From Planctomycetota bacterium (lineage in GTDB: Bacteria > Planctomycetota > UBA8108 > SXIK01), in the NCBI GenBank assembly GCA_965223265.1, contig OZ244999.1:3840001-3904000 (forward strand): a stretch of DNA of 64,000 nt, given 5' to 3'. A program made the translations under genes and the position numbers. Positions 1 through 9,986 of this stretch are shown piece after piece. The notes below the pieces were generated by a model. It did not search any database and was not told the DNA's origin. It saw only the letters and a list, made by a program, of their open reading frames with translations. The stretch's first letter is position 1. Each line of letters starts with the position of its first letter.

Positions 1-595
1 CTGCCGTCTCTTCGGATCGATCGTGATGGTACTCACCTAGGACACGCAGAACTTCTTGTGTCTGATCGATCGTCGCGCAGTCTTCTCTCAGCGTCGCCGC
101 CATCTCGACGAGCAGTCGCTTCACCCCGGCGCGACCCGCGTCGACCATCCAGCGCTTCCAGACCTCCAGCGCGCGCTTGCGCGCGGCCTCGAATTCATGC
201 GCGTTCACCGCCGACTCCGCGTTCAACGTAAAAAACGATGCGCCGACGTGTGGCGCTCCGCAGCACGCCGCTTGTTCGATCAAGGATCGGCCAACAACAT
301 AGGCACTCTCTCGAATGGCGGAGTTCGCAGCGCCGATGGCACCACAGTCTCGATACACGGTGAACACACACGTGATGTTCATGCCGAGATCTGCAGCATC
401 CGCCGCAACCTGCCGATGGTGGGCACGGAACGCCTCCAGGTCGCTGCAAAAGAGGGCTGGGCCGAAGTCATTGTCGGCAACGAGTTCAACGTGGCGCAGT
501 CCGAACTCGTCGCGCGCGATCTCCATCGCACGCCGCGGACCATAGACGTATTTGGCGAAATTGCAGTTAACTCCGAGAAGAATTCTGGGAGGCAT
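1..595 (-). CDS. Sugar phosphate isomerase/epimerase-like TIM-barrel protein (xylose isomerase/AP endonuclease 2 family), truncated by the window edge
   Basis: Not in the ORF track because it has no stop in the window. Manual translation from ATG 595 reads MPPRILLGVNCNFAKYVYGPRRAMEIARDEFGLRHVELVAD...GVKRLLVEMAA and stays open to the window edge. Same strand, just downstream of dapL. Confidence 0.7.
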   Translation of the reverse strand, partial: MPPRILLGVNCNFAKYVYGPRRAMEIARDEFGLRHVELVADNDFGPALFCSDLEAFRAHHRQVAADAADLGMNITCVFTVYRDCGAIGAANSAIRESAYVVGRSLIEQAACCGAPHVGASFFTLNAESAVNAHEFEAARKRALEVWKRWMVDAGRAGVKRLLVEMAATLREDCATIDQTQEVLRVLGEYHHDRSEETA

Positions 596-682
596 GGAGA
601 AACAAACCTTGCTATGAACTGGGCGAAGCCGCCGTCGCAGCACAAACTGGGCACGGGCTCCGAGCCTCGATGGCTGCGCGCG

Positions 683-1918
683 CTACGACAATCGACTCTT
701 GATCCGCGCCACCGCCTCCTCAACGTTGTCGCGACTGCCAAAGGCGCTCAGGCGAAAGTACCCCTCGCCGCTGGCGCCGAATCCCGAACCGGGCGTGCCG
801 ACGACATGCACCTCGGAAAGGAGCTGATCGAAGAAATCCCAGGAGCTCTTCCCGTTCGGTGTCTTCAGCCAAATATATGGCGCGTTCTCGCCGCCGAAAA
901 CCTCGAGTCCGGCGCCGCGCAGGCCGTCCCTGATCATGCGTGCGTTTTCCATGTAGTAGGAAATCAACTCTCGAACCTGAGCCTTGCCTGCCTCGGAGTA
1001 TACGGCCGCGGCGCCGCGCTGAATTGGGTACGAAACGCCGTTGAACTTCGTGCAGTGACGCCGATTCCAGAGTGCGTGGAGGGGCACGCGCTCTCCGCGT
1101 TCGTCCGTTCCCATGAGCTCCTTCGGCACGACCGTGTACGCACATCGAATCCCAGTAAAACCGGCAGTCTTCGAATAACTGCGAAACTCGATCGCAACCT
1201 CTCGAGCCCCGTCGATCTCGTAGATCGAGTGGGGGATCGATGGGTCAGAGATGAAGGCTTCGTAGGCGGCATCAAAAAGAATGACGGCCTCATTCTCTTT
1301 CGCGTAGGCAACCCAGTCTGCCAACACTTCGCGGCTGGCAACCGCGCCAGTTGGATTGTTGGGGTAGCACAGATAAATCAGGTCGACGGGTTCGCGTGGC
1401 AACTTCGGAAGGAAAGCATTCTCGTCGACGCATGGCATGTAGACCAAACCAGCGTATCGCCCGTCCTTGTCGGCGGCGCCGGCCCTACCGGCCATGACGT
1501 TGGTGTCGACGTAGACCGGATAGACTGGGTCGGCCACGGCAACACGACAAGTCGCTGAAAAAACTTCCTGTATGTTCGAGCTATCGCACTTGGCCCCGTC
1601 TGAAACGAAGACTTCGTCTGGACTCAGTTTGACGCCGCGCGCAGCGAAATCGTGCTCGACGATCAAATCACGCAGGAATCCGTACCCCTGCTCGGGGCCG
1701 TAGCCGCGAAAGGTGGCTGGGTCACCCATTTCGTCCGTGGCACGGTGTATGGCTTCGATCACCGCCGCGGGCAGCGGTAAAACGACGTCACCGATGCCGA
1801 GACGAATCACGGGAGCGTCGGGGTTGGCGTCGGCAAACGCTTGCACCCGGCGGGCAATCTCAGGAAAAAGGTACCCGGCGGTTAGCTTTCGATAGTTGGA
1901 GTTGATGCGAACCATCAC
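683..1918 (-). CDS. dapL: LL-diaminopimelate aminotransferase
   Basis: N-terminal '[10 protein letters not shown]...VIRLGIGDV', '[10 protein letters not shown]', 'CYPNNPTG', PLP-lysine motif '[13 protein letters not shown]', 'TPGSGFG...[10 protein letters not shown]'. Confidence 0.96.
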   Translation of the reverse strand: MMVRINSNYRKLTAGYLFPEIARRVQAFADANPDAPVIRLGIGDVVLPLPAAVIEAIHRATDEMGDPATFRGYGPEQGYGFLRDLIVEHDFAARGVKLSPDEVFVSDGAKCDSSNIQEVFSATCRVAVADPVYPVYVDTNVMAGRAGAADKDGRYAGLVYMPCVDENAFLPKLPREPVDLIYLCYPNNPTGAVASREVLADWVAYAKENEAVILFDAAYEAFISDPSIPHSIYEIDGAREVAIEFRSYSKTAGFTGIRCAYTVVPKELMGTDERGERVPLHALWNRRHCTKFNGVSYPIQRGAAAVYSEAGKAQVRELISYYMENARMIRDGLRGAGLEVFGGENAPYIWLKTPNGKSSWDFFDQLLSEVHVVGTPGSGFGASGEGYFRLSAFGSRDNVEEAVARIKSRLS

Positions 1919-1968
1919 ACCTCAGTTGACGCGAGTGGTCAATTCAAGCCACGGCTGCTGCGGCTTGA

Positions 1969-2144
1969 CAGCCTGTTGAAAAAGTGCTTCGAGCTGAAAC
2001 TGGTCGCTTCGCGTCCAGATCAACCGCGGCGAACGCAGGTAATCTCCGAGCCCTCTTCTATGAAAGATCACGGAGAGGTTCGCCGTGGCTGATCTGGACG
2101 CGAAGAGGCCGGTTTCTCAGCCGAATGACTTTTTCAACGGGCTG
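1969..2144. mobile_element. MITE copy 1 (176 bp), non-autonomous, IS5/IS1182-like ends
   Basis: Terminal IRs CAGCCTGTTGAAAAAGT / ACTTTTTCAACGGGCTG, flanked by direct repeat TTGA (1965-1968, 2145-2148). Homologous to copies at 21025, 27436 and 52752. Confidence 0.88.
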
Positions 2145-2278
2145 TTGAACGTAGTGAACTCGGTACGGCCCGAAGACAAGGGCTCTACAGAGTAACGAAA
2201 ACGCGTGGCAAAACGAAGGGCGTTTTGCCTCCGCCTTGCTCCAGGAGCGACGACTGGAGCGGACCAATTGGTCGCGGT

Positions 2279-5044
2279 CTACTCGGCTTCGGCCAAGCTG
2301 CTCGCCGCTTTCTTCGTGCTCTTCTTGGCGGATTTCTTCTTCGCCTTCGCCGTCTTTTTCGCGGCGGTCTTCTTAGAAGCCTTCTTGGCGGTCGTCTTCT
2401 TCGAAGTCGTCTTCTTTGTCGTCTTCTTTGTCGTCTTCTTCTTCGCGCTCTTCTTCTTTGCAGTCTTCTTAGCTGCCTTCTTGGCGCCGCGTCGTGGCTT
2501 CGCAGGCCCTGCGGACTCACGCGCGCGAATGAGGTCAATCGCGGCGTCGAGTGTCACCTTCTCCGGATCTTCGCCACGCGGAATCGAAGCATTCGTGGTG
2601 CCGTTCGTGACGTAGGGGCCATAGCGCCCGGAGAGAAGACGGAGCGGCTCCTTGGTGAGAGGATCCTCACCCAGCTCTTTAAGCACGCGCGGCGCGCGGC
2701 GTCCACGCGGCTTCTCCTCGGCGAGCTTTTTCAAAGCCTCTTCGAGCGTAATCGAGAAGACCTGGTCCGGCTGCTCAAGAGTTCGTGTGTCGGTGCCGCG
2801 CTTGATATAAGGGCCGAAGCGCCCGTAGTCAGCCATGACGTCGGTTGAAGTTTGCGGACACGTGCCGAGCTTGAGCGGCAACGATAACAACTTCAGAGCC
2901 TGCTCGAGTGTGGTCGTCTCGAGCGTCATACCAGGGAACAGCGATTTCATCTTCGGCTTCTCGTCGCCGTCGTTCTCGCCGAGCTGAACGTACGGGCCGA
3001 ATCGACCAGTCTTGGCGTAAACCTTCTTGCCGCTGTCGGAGTCAACGCCCAGTTCATTCGGCTGGGACCCTTGCGCCAGCAGTTCGAGCGCTCGCTCAAG
3101 TGATAGCTCGTCCGGTGCGGTACCGTCCGGGATGGTCGCGCGTTCGTCGCCGCGCTCGATGTAAGGACCATAGCGCCCGATTCGAATATTGACCACCTGC
3201 CCGTCTTCGTCTTCTCCAAGTGGAAGCGTGCACGAAGCACGCGCATCGATCTCCTGTTGAGTGAGCTTTTTGAGGCCTTCCTTGGATTCGTGGCCAAAGT
3301 AGAAACTGCGGAGGTAAGGCACGGACTCCTTCTCACCGAGGGAGATCGCGTCGAGATGATCCTCCATGCGAGCTGTGAACTCGACATCAACAAGGTCGGC
3401 AAAGTGCCGTTCGAGAAGCTGGACGACGGCGAACCCCGTAAAACTCGGCACCAGGGCGTTGCCCTGTTTGAAGACGTACTCCCGGCGCAACACCGTTTCG
3501 ATGATGCTCGCATAGGTGCTCGGCCTGCCAACGCCGCGCGCTTCGAGTTCCTTGACCAAAGAAGCTTCAGTGTATCTGGCCGGGGGTTGGGTGGTGTGCC
3601 CCTTCGGCTCGATCTCACTCGCGGTGAGTGGTTGCTCCGCGCTCACGTCGGGCAACAAGACTTCCTTATCGGCAAGCACTGCGTTTGGGTCGTCGGCGCC
3701 CTCGACGTATGCCCGCAAGAAACCTGGAAAGTCGATCGTCTTGCCGCTCGCCTGAAAGACGCTCTCGTTTCCAACGACTTGGACTGAGATCCGGTGCCCA
3801 CGGGCGTCGGCCATTTGCGTCGCCATCGTTCGCTTCCAGATCAGCTCATACAGTCGGGCCTCACGGCCACCGACCTGTCGATCGACTTCCTCGGGATGCT
3901 TGAACTCTCCCGACGGCCGAATCGCCTCGTGCGCTTCCTGGGCGTTCTTGACGTTCGTCTTGAACTGACGCGCCTCGCGTGACAGGTAGTCCGCGCCATA
4001 GAGTTCACCGATCAAACCGCGCACGCTCTCGACGGCACTCTCGGCGAGCGTCGTTGAGTCGGTTCGCATGTACGTGATGTACCCGTTTTCGTAGAGGCGC
4101 TGCGCTGCTTGCATCGTGTCACGTGCCGAAAAGCGCAATTTCCGGTTCGCCTCTTGCTGCAGCGTACTGGTCGTGAACGGCGCCGAAGGTCGCTCGGTGT
4201 ACGGTTTCTTCTCGACCTTCAAAACACGCCAATCGGCCGTCTCGAGGTCGCTCGCAAGTTGACTCGCTTCCTCTTCGCTCAGGAGGACCGGGGCTTCGCC
4301 TGACTTCCCCGCTTTGAGCTCGCCAGTTGAACTGTCGAAGTCCTTCCCAGTGGCAAGTCGCCGCCCGCCGACAGAAACCAGACCGGCGGCAAACTCCTCG
4401 CCGCCCTCAGTACGAAATCGCGCGATCAGGTCCCAGTACGAACTCCGAACGAACTTCAAGCGTTCCCGTTCCCGCTCGACGACAAAGCGTAAAGCGACCG
4501 ATTGAACGCGCCCGGCAGAAAGTCCCTTCTTAATCTTTCGCCAGAGAATCGGGGAGACCTCATAGCCATAAAGGCGATCAAGAATGCGCCGAGCCTCTTG
4601 GGCGCGCACGAGTCCATGGTCAAGGTCGCGCGGATTCTCCACGGCGCGGCCGATCGCTTCCCGGGTGATCTCATGAAAAACGAGGCGCCGGTGGGGGACC
4701 TTCGGCTTCAAGACCTGAACGAGGTGCCAACTGATGGACTCTCCCTCCCGATCCTCGTCCGTCGCCAGGAGGAGCTCGTCCACGCCTTTGAGAAGACTCT
4801 TCAGTCGAGCGATCTGTTTCTTCTTCTCGCTGGGAACGACGTAGAGCGGCTCAAAGTCGTTCTCGATGTCGATTCCAAGGGTGGCCCAGGACTCACCCTT
4901 CAACTTCGCGGGAACCTCTTTCGCAGACTGCGGCAAGTCGCGGACGTGTCCGATGCTGGCCTCGACGACGAAACTCTTCGGTAAAAACTCCGAGATGGTT
5001 CTCGCCTTGGCCGGGGATTCGACGATGACTAAGCTCTTGCCCAC
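2279..5044 (-). CDS. topA: DNA topoisomerase I (type IA) with Topo_C repeats and Lys-rich C-terminal tail
   Basis: 'LVIVESPAKA', 'ATDEDREGE', 'SAGRVQS', catalytic 'ITYMRTDS', 'QEAHEAIRP'; four 'GRYGPY/GRFGPY' repeats; KKAAKKTAKK tail. Confidence 0.97.
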   Translation of the reverse strand: MGKSLVIVESPAKARTISEFLPKSFVVEASIGHVRDLPQSAKEVPAKLKGESWATLGIDIENDFEPLYVVPSEKKKQIARLKSLLKGVDELLLATDEDREGESISWHLVQVLKPKVPHRRLVFHEITREAIGRAVENPRDLDHGLVRAQEARRILDRLYGYEVSPILWRKIKKGLSAGRVQSVALRFVVERERERLKFVRSSYWDLIARFRTEGGEEFAAGLVSVGGRRLATGKDFDSSTGELKAGKSGEAPVLLSEEEASQLASDLETADWRVLKVEKKPYTERPSAPFTTSTLQQEANRKLRFSARDTMQAAQRLYENGYITYMRTDSTTLAESAVESVRGLIGELYGADYLSREARQFKTNVKNAQEAHEAIRPSGEFKHPEEVDRQVGGREARLYELIWKRTMATQMADARGHRISVQVVGNESVFQASGKTIDFPGFLRAYVEGADDPNAVLADKEVLLPDVSAEQPLTASEIEPKGHTTQPPARYTEASLVKELEARGVGRPSTYASIIETVLRREYVFKQGNALVPSFTGFAVVQLLERHFADLVDVEFTARMEDHLDAISLGEKESVPYLRSFYFGHESKEGLKKLTQQEIDARASCTLPLGEDEDGQVVNIRIGRYGPYIERGDERATIPDGTAPDELSLERALELLAQGSQPNELGVDSDSGKKVYAKTGRFGPYVQLGENDGDEKPKMKSLFPGMTLETTTLEQALKLLSLPLKLGTCPQTSTDVMADYGRFGPYIKRGTDTRTLEQPDQVFSITLEEALKKLAEEKPRGRRAPRVLKELGEDPLTKEPLRLLSGRYGPYVTNGTTNASIPRGEDPEKVTLDAAIDLIRARESAGPAKPRRGAKKAAKKTAKKKSAKKKTTKKTTKKTTSKKTTAKKASKKTAAKKTAKAKKKSAKKSTKKAASSLAEAE

Positions 5045-5580
5045 CGCTTTAGGTCTCTTTCACATTCACTGCGGCTGCGACGGATCCGTCAACGCCTCGG
5101 GGGCGCTCGCCGTTGAGCGCCTGAACCTCGTGGGCGGGTTCAAGTAGAGGCGGTAACACTGAACTTTTTTTCGCCAGCACTCCGCCAAAGCTTTAGGGGA
5201 ACCCTCTGGCGTTCACCAATCGCTCTGCGGAGCGCACGCATCAGGCCGCTTTCAGCCTGCTTGAAAGTGCGCTTCGATCCAAAGACTAGGCTGGGGTCAG
5301 ACCGACCGCCGCCGACGTCGAACCACCGAGCCTTCGGATATCGCCGCGGTCGAATGTGCCGGGCAACCCTGGTTTCTCGGCCGGACTTCTCTCTGGCAGG
5401 CGAAAGCCCCGTGCTTTCTTGCCACACAAACAGGTGGATAGCAAGTCTGCGTTCGGGCCGTCGCGGCACCCGACGTCGCGGCGGCGGAGCACCTCTGCGC
5501 GCCACGCCAGGCACCGTTGGACGACCGCCTCGCCATCACCCAAGAAGGAGGTAACCACCACAATAAAAACGACTTACAAC

Positions 5581-8500
5581 TCATTCCTGTGCCGTCTCTG
5601 ACGTTGGCGTCGCCTGCCAGTAGAGCGGCAGATAGCGGTAGTACACCTCGAGCGAAAGCGTCGCGAAACAGGTCGCCAGCACCTGCCCTCCCGCTTCCGA
5701 CCACGGTCCCGTCGGGTCCCAACTGCCGCGCCGAGCGCCGGAACGGTTCTGTGATTTGACGAGGTAATCGCGCACTTCCGTGTTCCAGCGCTCCCAAATC
5801 CAGCCTTGGTACTGATAAAGAGCCAAGGTCCCGTAATAGACGAGGTACAAGTTGTCGAGGTAACCACGGCGACGCGTCTCCGTATGTATGTAGCGAGCCG
5901 CCTCCTCGATGTTGTCGTCGCCGCGGCGAGCACCAAGCAGCTGCCGCGCGAACATGCCTTCGGCAACCATCGCAACACGCGGCTCCTCTGGTTTGGAGTA
6001 ACCGTAAATCCCACGGTGCTGCCCGCTCGACACCTCGACATCAAACCAGTGGCGAGCACGGTCGAAGACGCCACCGGGAAGCTTGAGCGCGCTCCCATGG
6101 ATGCTCGTCAAGGCCATCACCTGCCAGCCGCTCACGGACGTGTCGCCGCGCAGCGGGACGACAGGCAAGTACCGCCACCCCCCAGTGTTCGGGTTCTGCG
6201 CCTCAACGATGATCCGGGCGGCCTTCTCGATCGCCGGCAGCAGACGTTCGTCGCGACTCAGGATATAAGCCTCACTGAGCGCCAACGTCGCAATGCCGTG
6301 ATTGTACATGATGTACTTCTGGTCTGACCCGCTGAGCAGACCGGACTCAGTCTGAATGCTCAAAAGCCAACGTAAAGCCCTCAAGACCGTCATACGGTAT
6401 GGACTGTCGGGCTTCACGTGGGTGTGATTCTGCCCCAGGAAAGAGAGCACCGCGAGCCCGGTGACAGCGGCGTCGCACTGGGTGTGAAACCCCGGGGCGC
6501 CGCTATCGGGAAGCCGCTGCAGAAAACCATCAACGTCCCAACGACCGTCCTCGGACTGGCACGCCGCAAGCCACTCGAGCGCCAAACGGACGGCCAGCTC
6601 AGACTCGGCGGTACCGCCCATCCGCGGCACGAGAACCTTACGGCTCTCTTCACTCCTTGCGTCGCTCAAGCTCATTCGCTTCTGCGGACGACGTTCCGGC
6701 AATCGCTTTCGCGCCGGCGCGTCGATTCCAGGAACCGGCTCGAGGGGTCGGAGGAATTCTGCGGTCGCCACCTCGGTCGGCGATGGCGTGGAGGCGTCGG
6801 CGGTGAGTGGAGCAGAGTCACCCGCGACTGGCTCCCGGCGCGCGTCCACGGCCGGCGGCGCCGGCGGAGCCCCTGATTGGCGAGACACCTCGAGTTTCGT
6901 TCTTGCCGCCGGCGACAACTCTGCTCCAATCAGATCGGCTGCGTTGTCGCTCCCTTCACCAGGCTTCTGGCTCCGCTCACCGTCGGGTAAATCGGTTTGT
7001 GGCGCGCGAAGCGGCCCGCTCGACGCGACGGCAGAGTCGACCAACGAGCCTGGCGCAGGCGACGTACTCAAAGTCGCGGGAGAAGCCTCTTGGACCGCGT
7101 TCAAACCGTCAGCCGGGGCAATCGCTGGTCGCGCCTGCGACACGTCACGCTGGCTGAGTAGCTCGGCGCGCGCGACCTCATCGCCTGCCGCGGGTTCCCA
7201 CCGACGCACCGCGTCAAGCTCGGCCGGCTCGACACGCAGGTTCTCATCGACGGCCTCTTGCCGCCGCTCGGCCAGCGCCGCAGTCTCGGGCATCTGGGGC
7301 TGAGTCGCAGCCTCAGATGGCTGCGCCCGTGGCGGCGGCAGCGGACTCCTCTGAAAACGCGCCTCGGGAGACGTCACCGCTTCGGTGCCCACCGCAGGGG
7401 CGTGCCAACGTCGCTGCGGTTGCACAGCCGCGATCAGCGGCGGCGCCGACGTTTCGAGCTGCGGTGGAGTCGGCCGCGCCGAGGCTTCACTCCTCGTCGC
7501 TTCAGCACGCGGCGCCAAACTCAGTTCCGCCTCTCGATCAGCCGACTGCGCCGGCACCGGAATGCTGCTCACGAGCTCCTCGGTTGGCGTCGTCGCCGCG
7601 TGGGTCAGCGGCGGTAGAACTTTCGGAGGTAGCGCCGGCGCCTGCACCTGTGTCCGCGCCTGCTGGACCTGCTCAGCCCGCACTTCGGTAGCGAGCGACG
7701 GAACGGTCTCGACGACAGTTCCTACCGGTCCTGGACGGGGAGTCTCCGCTGCAACTTTCAGACTCAGTCCGACGCCCACCGGCGTCGTGGCGTCGACCTC
7801 ATCGCTTGCGGGAGAAGATTCGGGCGCCGGCAGCGTGTCTGCTTCTGCGGCGACTGTGGCGAGCGCATCAGGACGCAACTGTTCGACGATCGGATCTTGG
7901 CGCCGCTCGAACGGTACCGGTGGAAGTGATGTATCGACGCGCGCGGTCGTCGCGTTCGAGAACGGTTGAACTTTCTCGAATTGAGGTACGGCGACCCTCT
8001 CCACGGCGACGTCCAGTGCAGATGGATCGGCGAGCATTGGGCTGTCGCGGAGTGTCGGTTGGGGCTCAACCGTCGCATCGAGAGGGTCCTGATCCGGCAG
8101 CTCGATTTTGATGCGTTGAGTCTCCTGTGTCAGCCGAGCCTGAAGAGTTTTCTCGATGGTCACTTCGGCGAGCACAGTCTTTGCGCGCACCTGCGCCAAT
8201 TGAGAACCGATCTGCCAGAAATAGAAGACGTAGAGGAGCCCGACATGGAGCAGCACTGCGACGACGGCACAGCGAGCGTAGAGGTTCATCGCCCAAAGCC
8301 GACGATACCGCATCAGAACCAACGTCAGGATAAACAAGACCACGGCGCCGAGGGCTAAGCCGCCGACTTGCAACAGATACTGCGTCACCGCGTCGATCGG
8401 GACGGCAGCGACGGAAAGCTCCGGCGCGACCTCGTGTGAGCGACTCTCGAAATGAAAGGACGCACCCGTCTTCGGGTCACGAACCTCATACGCCAAACCG

Positions 8501-9573
8501 AAGCCTTCGAGTAAGAGTTGCGGGGCCGAATCATCGAGCCGTGTGTTCACTGGCGGCCCGATATTCTCTGGAGAATCAACCTGGAGGGTGGTCACTTCGT
8601 TAGGATCAAGGCCGAGGAGGCGGCAGCGGCTTCGGTAGAGATCACGACTCCCAAAGCCGCCATCGCGACTCGAAGAAAAGTAGAGGAACGTGCCACTCGG
8701 ACTGAACGCGGGGCGTTCCTCATCCCTCTCGGTCACGAGGGAGGCGAGCGGCTGCGGCTCAGACCAACCGCGAAGCGATCCATCGGGTGGAGCGATGGCA
8801 TAGGCCAGCTCGAAGTCAGCTGCTTGCCAATTCTCAAGCGGCACGTCGTCCCATGAAGTGGGCGGGGCAAACAGAAACCCACGTGGCCGATTCGTCGCGA
8901 AGACAATCAGTCGCCTCGAGGGGTGTAACGTCGCGCCCACGTCATCAAACGGAGAATTGATCTGCGATCCAAGCGCGCGGGGGGGCGACCAAGCGCCGTC
9001 CGCGAAGCGGCTGGCATAGAGGTCGAAACCGCCAAAGCCTCCGGGGCGATTGCTCGCGAACAATAGAAGCGTGCCGTCGTGACTCAGCGTCGGCGCGATC
9101 TCATCGTGCGGCGAATGGAACGCGGCCTCCTCACCTCCGAGAAGAGTCGGGCCAGTCCATCCCTGCGGTGTCAAGTGACGTACAAAGATGTCACGCGTCC
9201 CGGCAGCGGTCTTCAGCGCGACGAGGAGGCGCGGGGCGCTCGACGGAATGGTTCCAACGACGGTTTCGTCCTGCCGTGCGCCTGGGCGATCGTGAATCTC
9301 TTCGGGCGGGGACCAGAGCACACTGCGCACGTTCAAGCGGTCCCGAGAATCCCAAATTGCATCGCCGTCTCGGTAGATCCACCTCACGTATCCAAACTTG
9401 AGGCCAACCCAGATGAGGACACCGAGCAGCAGACAGAGAAAGGCGACACTCCAGCCAGCAATCGTCCAGTACTGAAACCGACCCCACCTGCCTGCTGCGG
9501 CGACGGTGTGCTCCTCGTCACGTTTCTTTCTAGACCGCCCACGGTCTGGTCGGTGTCGTGCGCGCCGCCTCAT
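5581..9573 (-). CDS. Multidomain membrane protein: TM + PD40/TolB-like propeller + 2 TM + Pro/Ala-rich linker + prenyltransferase/squalene-cyclase-repeat alpha/alpha barrel
   Basis: PD40 repeats ('PTLSHDGTLLLFASNRPGGFGGFDLY', 'PAFSPSGTFLYFSSSRDGGFGSRDLY'); TM 'AVVAVLLHVGLLYVFYFW'; QW motifs 'QSEDGRW', 'QNPNTGGWRY'. ATG at 9573 overlaps the exbD stop (ATGA). Confidence 0.85.
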   Translation of the reverse strand: MRRRARHRPDRGRSRKKRDEEHTVAAAGRWGRFQYWTIAGWSVAFLCLLLGVLIWVGLKFGYVRWIYRDGDAIWDSRDRLNVRSVLWSPPEEIHDRPGARQDETVVGTIPSSAPRLLVALKTAAGTRDIFVRHLTPQGWTGPTLLGGEEAAFHSPHDEIAPTLSHDGTLLLFASNRPGGFGGFDLYASRFADGAWSPPRALGSQINSPFDDVGATLHPSRRLIVFATNRPRGFLFAPPTSWDDVPLENWQAADFELAYAIAPPDGSLRGWSEPQPLASLVTERDEERPAFSPSGTFLYFSSSRDGGFGSRDLYRSRCRLLGLDPNEVTTLQVDSPENIGPPVNTRLDDSAPQLLLEGFGLAYEVRDPKTGASFHFESRSHEVAPELSVAAVPIDAVTQYLLQVGGLALGAVVLFILTLVLMRYRRLWAMNLYARCAVVAVLLHVGLLYVFYFWQIGSQLAQVRAKTVLAEVTIEKTLQARLTQETQRIKIELPDQDPLDATVEPQPTLRDSPMLADPSALDVAVERVAVPQFEKVQPFSNATTARVDTSLPPVPFERRQDPIVEQLRPDALATVAAEADTLPAPESSPASDEVDATTPVGVGLSLKVAAETPRPGPVGTVVETVPSLATEVRAEQVQQARTQVQAPALPPKVLPPLTHAATTPTEELVSSIPVPAQSADREAELSLAPRAEATRSEASARPTPPQLETSAPPLIAAVQPQRRWHAPAVGTEAVTSPEARFQRSPLPPPRAQPSEAATQPQMPETAALAERRQEAVDENLRVEPAELDAVRRWEPAAGDEVARAELLSQRDVSQARPAIAPADGLNAVQEASPATLSTSPAPGSLVDSAVASSGPLRAPQTDLPDGERSQKPGEGSDNAADLIGAELSPAARTKLEVSRQSGAPPAPPAVDARREPVAGDSAPLTADASTPSPTEVATAEFLRPLEPVPGIDAPARKRLPERRPQKRMSLSDARSEESRKVLVPRMGGTAESELAVRLALEWLAACQSEDGRWDVDGFLQRLPDSGAPGFHTQCDAAVTGLAVLSFLGQNHTHVKPDSPYRMTVLRALRWLLSIQTESGLLSGSDQKYIMYNHGIATLALSEAYILSRDERLLPAIEKAARIIVEAQNPNTGGWRYLPVVPLRGDTSVSGWQVMALTSIHGSALKLPGGVFDRARHWFDVEVSSGQHRGIYGYSKPEEPRVAMVAEGMFARQLLGARRGDDNIEEAARYIHTETRRRGYLDNLYLVYYGTLALYQYQGWIWERWNTEVRDYLVKSQNRSGARRGSWDPTGPWSEAGGQVLATCFATLSLEVYYRYLPLYWQATPTSETAQE

Positions 9574-9986
9574 TCCGCCCCTTGAACGTAGGCAATGTTG
9601 GGATACTTGAACCCTACGCGCACGCAAATCTCGATCGTCTCGACGAGCGGACCGACGAGCCCTCTGACGTCCGGCCGCACGACGACATCACCGTCTGGTT
9701 TGGCGGCATGCCTCTCGCGTACGATCTGCTCAAGCTCATCGAGTGCACGCACACGACCGTCGACAATCTTTTGTCCGTCCTTGTCGATGTTGATCACCAG
9801 CAGCTCCGATACGGTACCGATGGGCATGTCGGAGCGGCTCTTCGCGAGTCGCACAGACTCATCGCGTTCCGCCTCGTGGAAACGACTCGTGGCGATAAAG
9901 AACACGACAAGGATGAACATCATGTCAATGAACGGCGTCATGTTTGGCATGACGCCGTTGGAACTTCTATCCCGTCGGACTCTCAT
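9570..9986 (-). CDS. exbD: Biopolymer transport protein, ExbD/TolR family
   Basis: 'PNMTPFIDMMFILVVFFI' with the conserved TM Asp; 'VVVRPD' periplasmic motif; translationally coupled to the ExbB gene. Confidence 0.9.
   Translation of the reverse strand: MRVRRDRSSNGVMPNMTPFIDMMFILVVFFIATSRFHEAERDESVRLAKSRSDMPIGTVSELLVINIDKDGQKIVDGRVRALDELEQIVRERHAAKPDGDVVVRPDVRGLVGPLVETIEICVRVGFKYPNIAYVQGAE

Noticed and set aside
56-1558. 500-aa plus-strand ORF, and many similar long antisense ORFs across the window
   Set aside because: These are antisense shadows of real genes (here dapL and the TIM-barrel gene), expected in high-GC DNA, with no protein motifs.
1969-2144. MITE or REP copies as a CRISPR array
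   Set aside because: Copies are dispersed or inverted, with no regular repeat-spacer periodicity and no cas genes.
5140-5570. Possible RNase P RNA (GAGAAGTCCGG on the minus strand) or small ORF between topA and the chimera gene
   Set aside because: It lacks the full GAGGAAAGUCC and the 3' P4 consensus, and the ORFs have no recognisable features.
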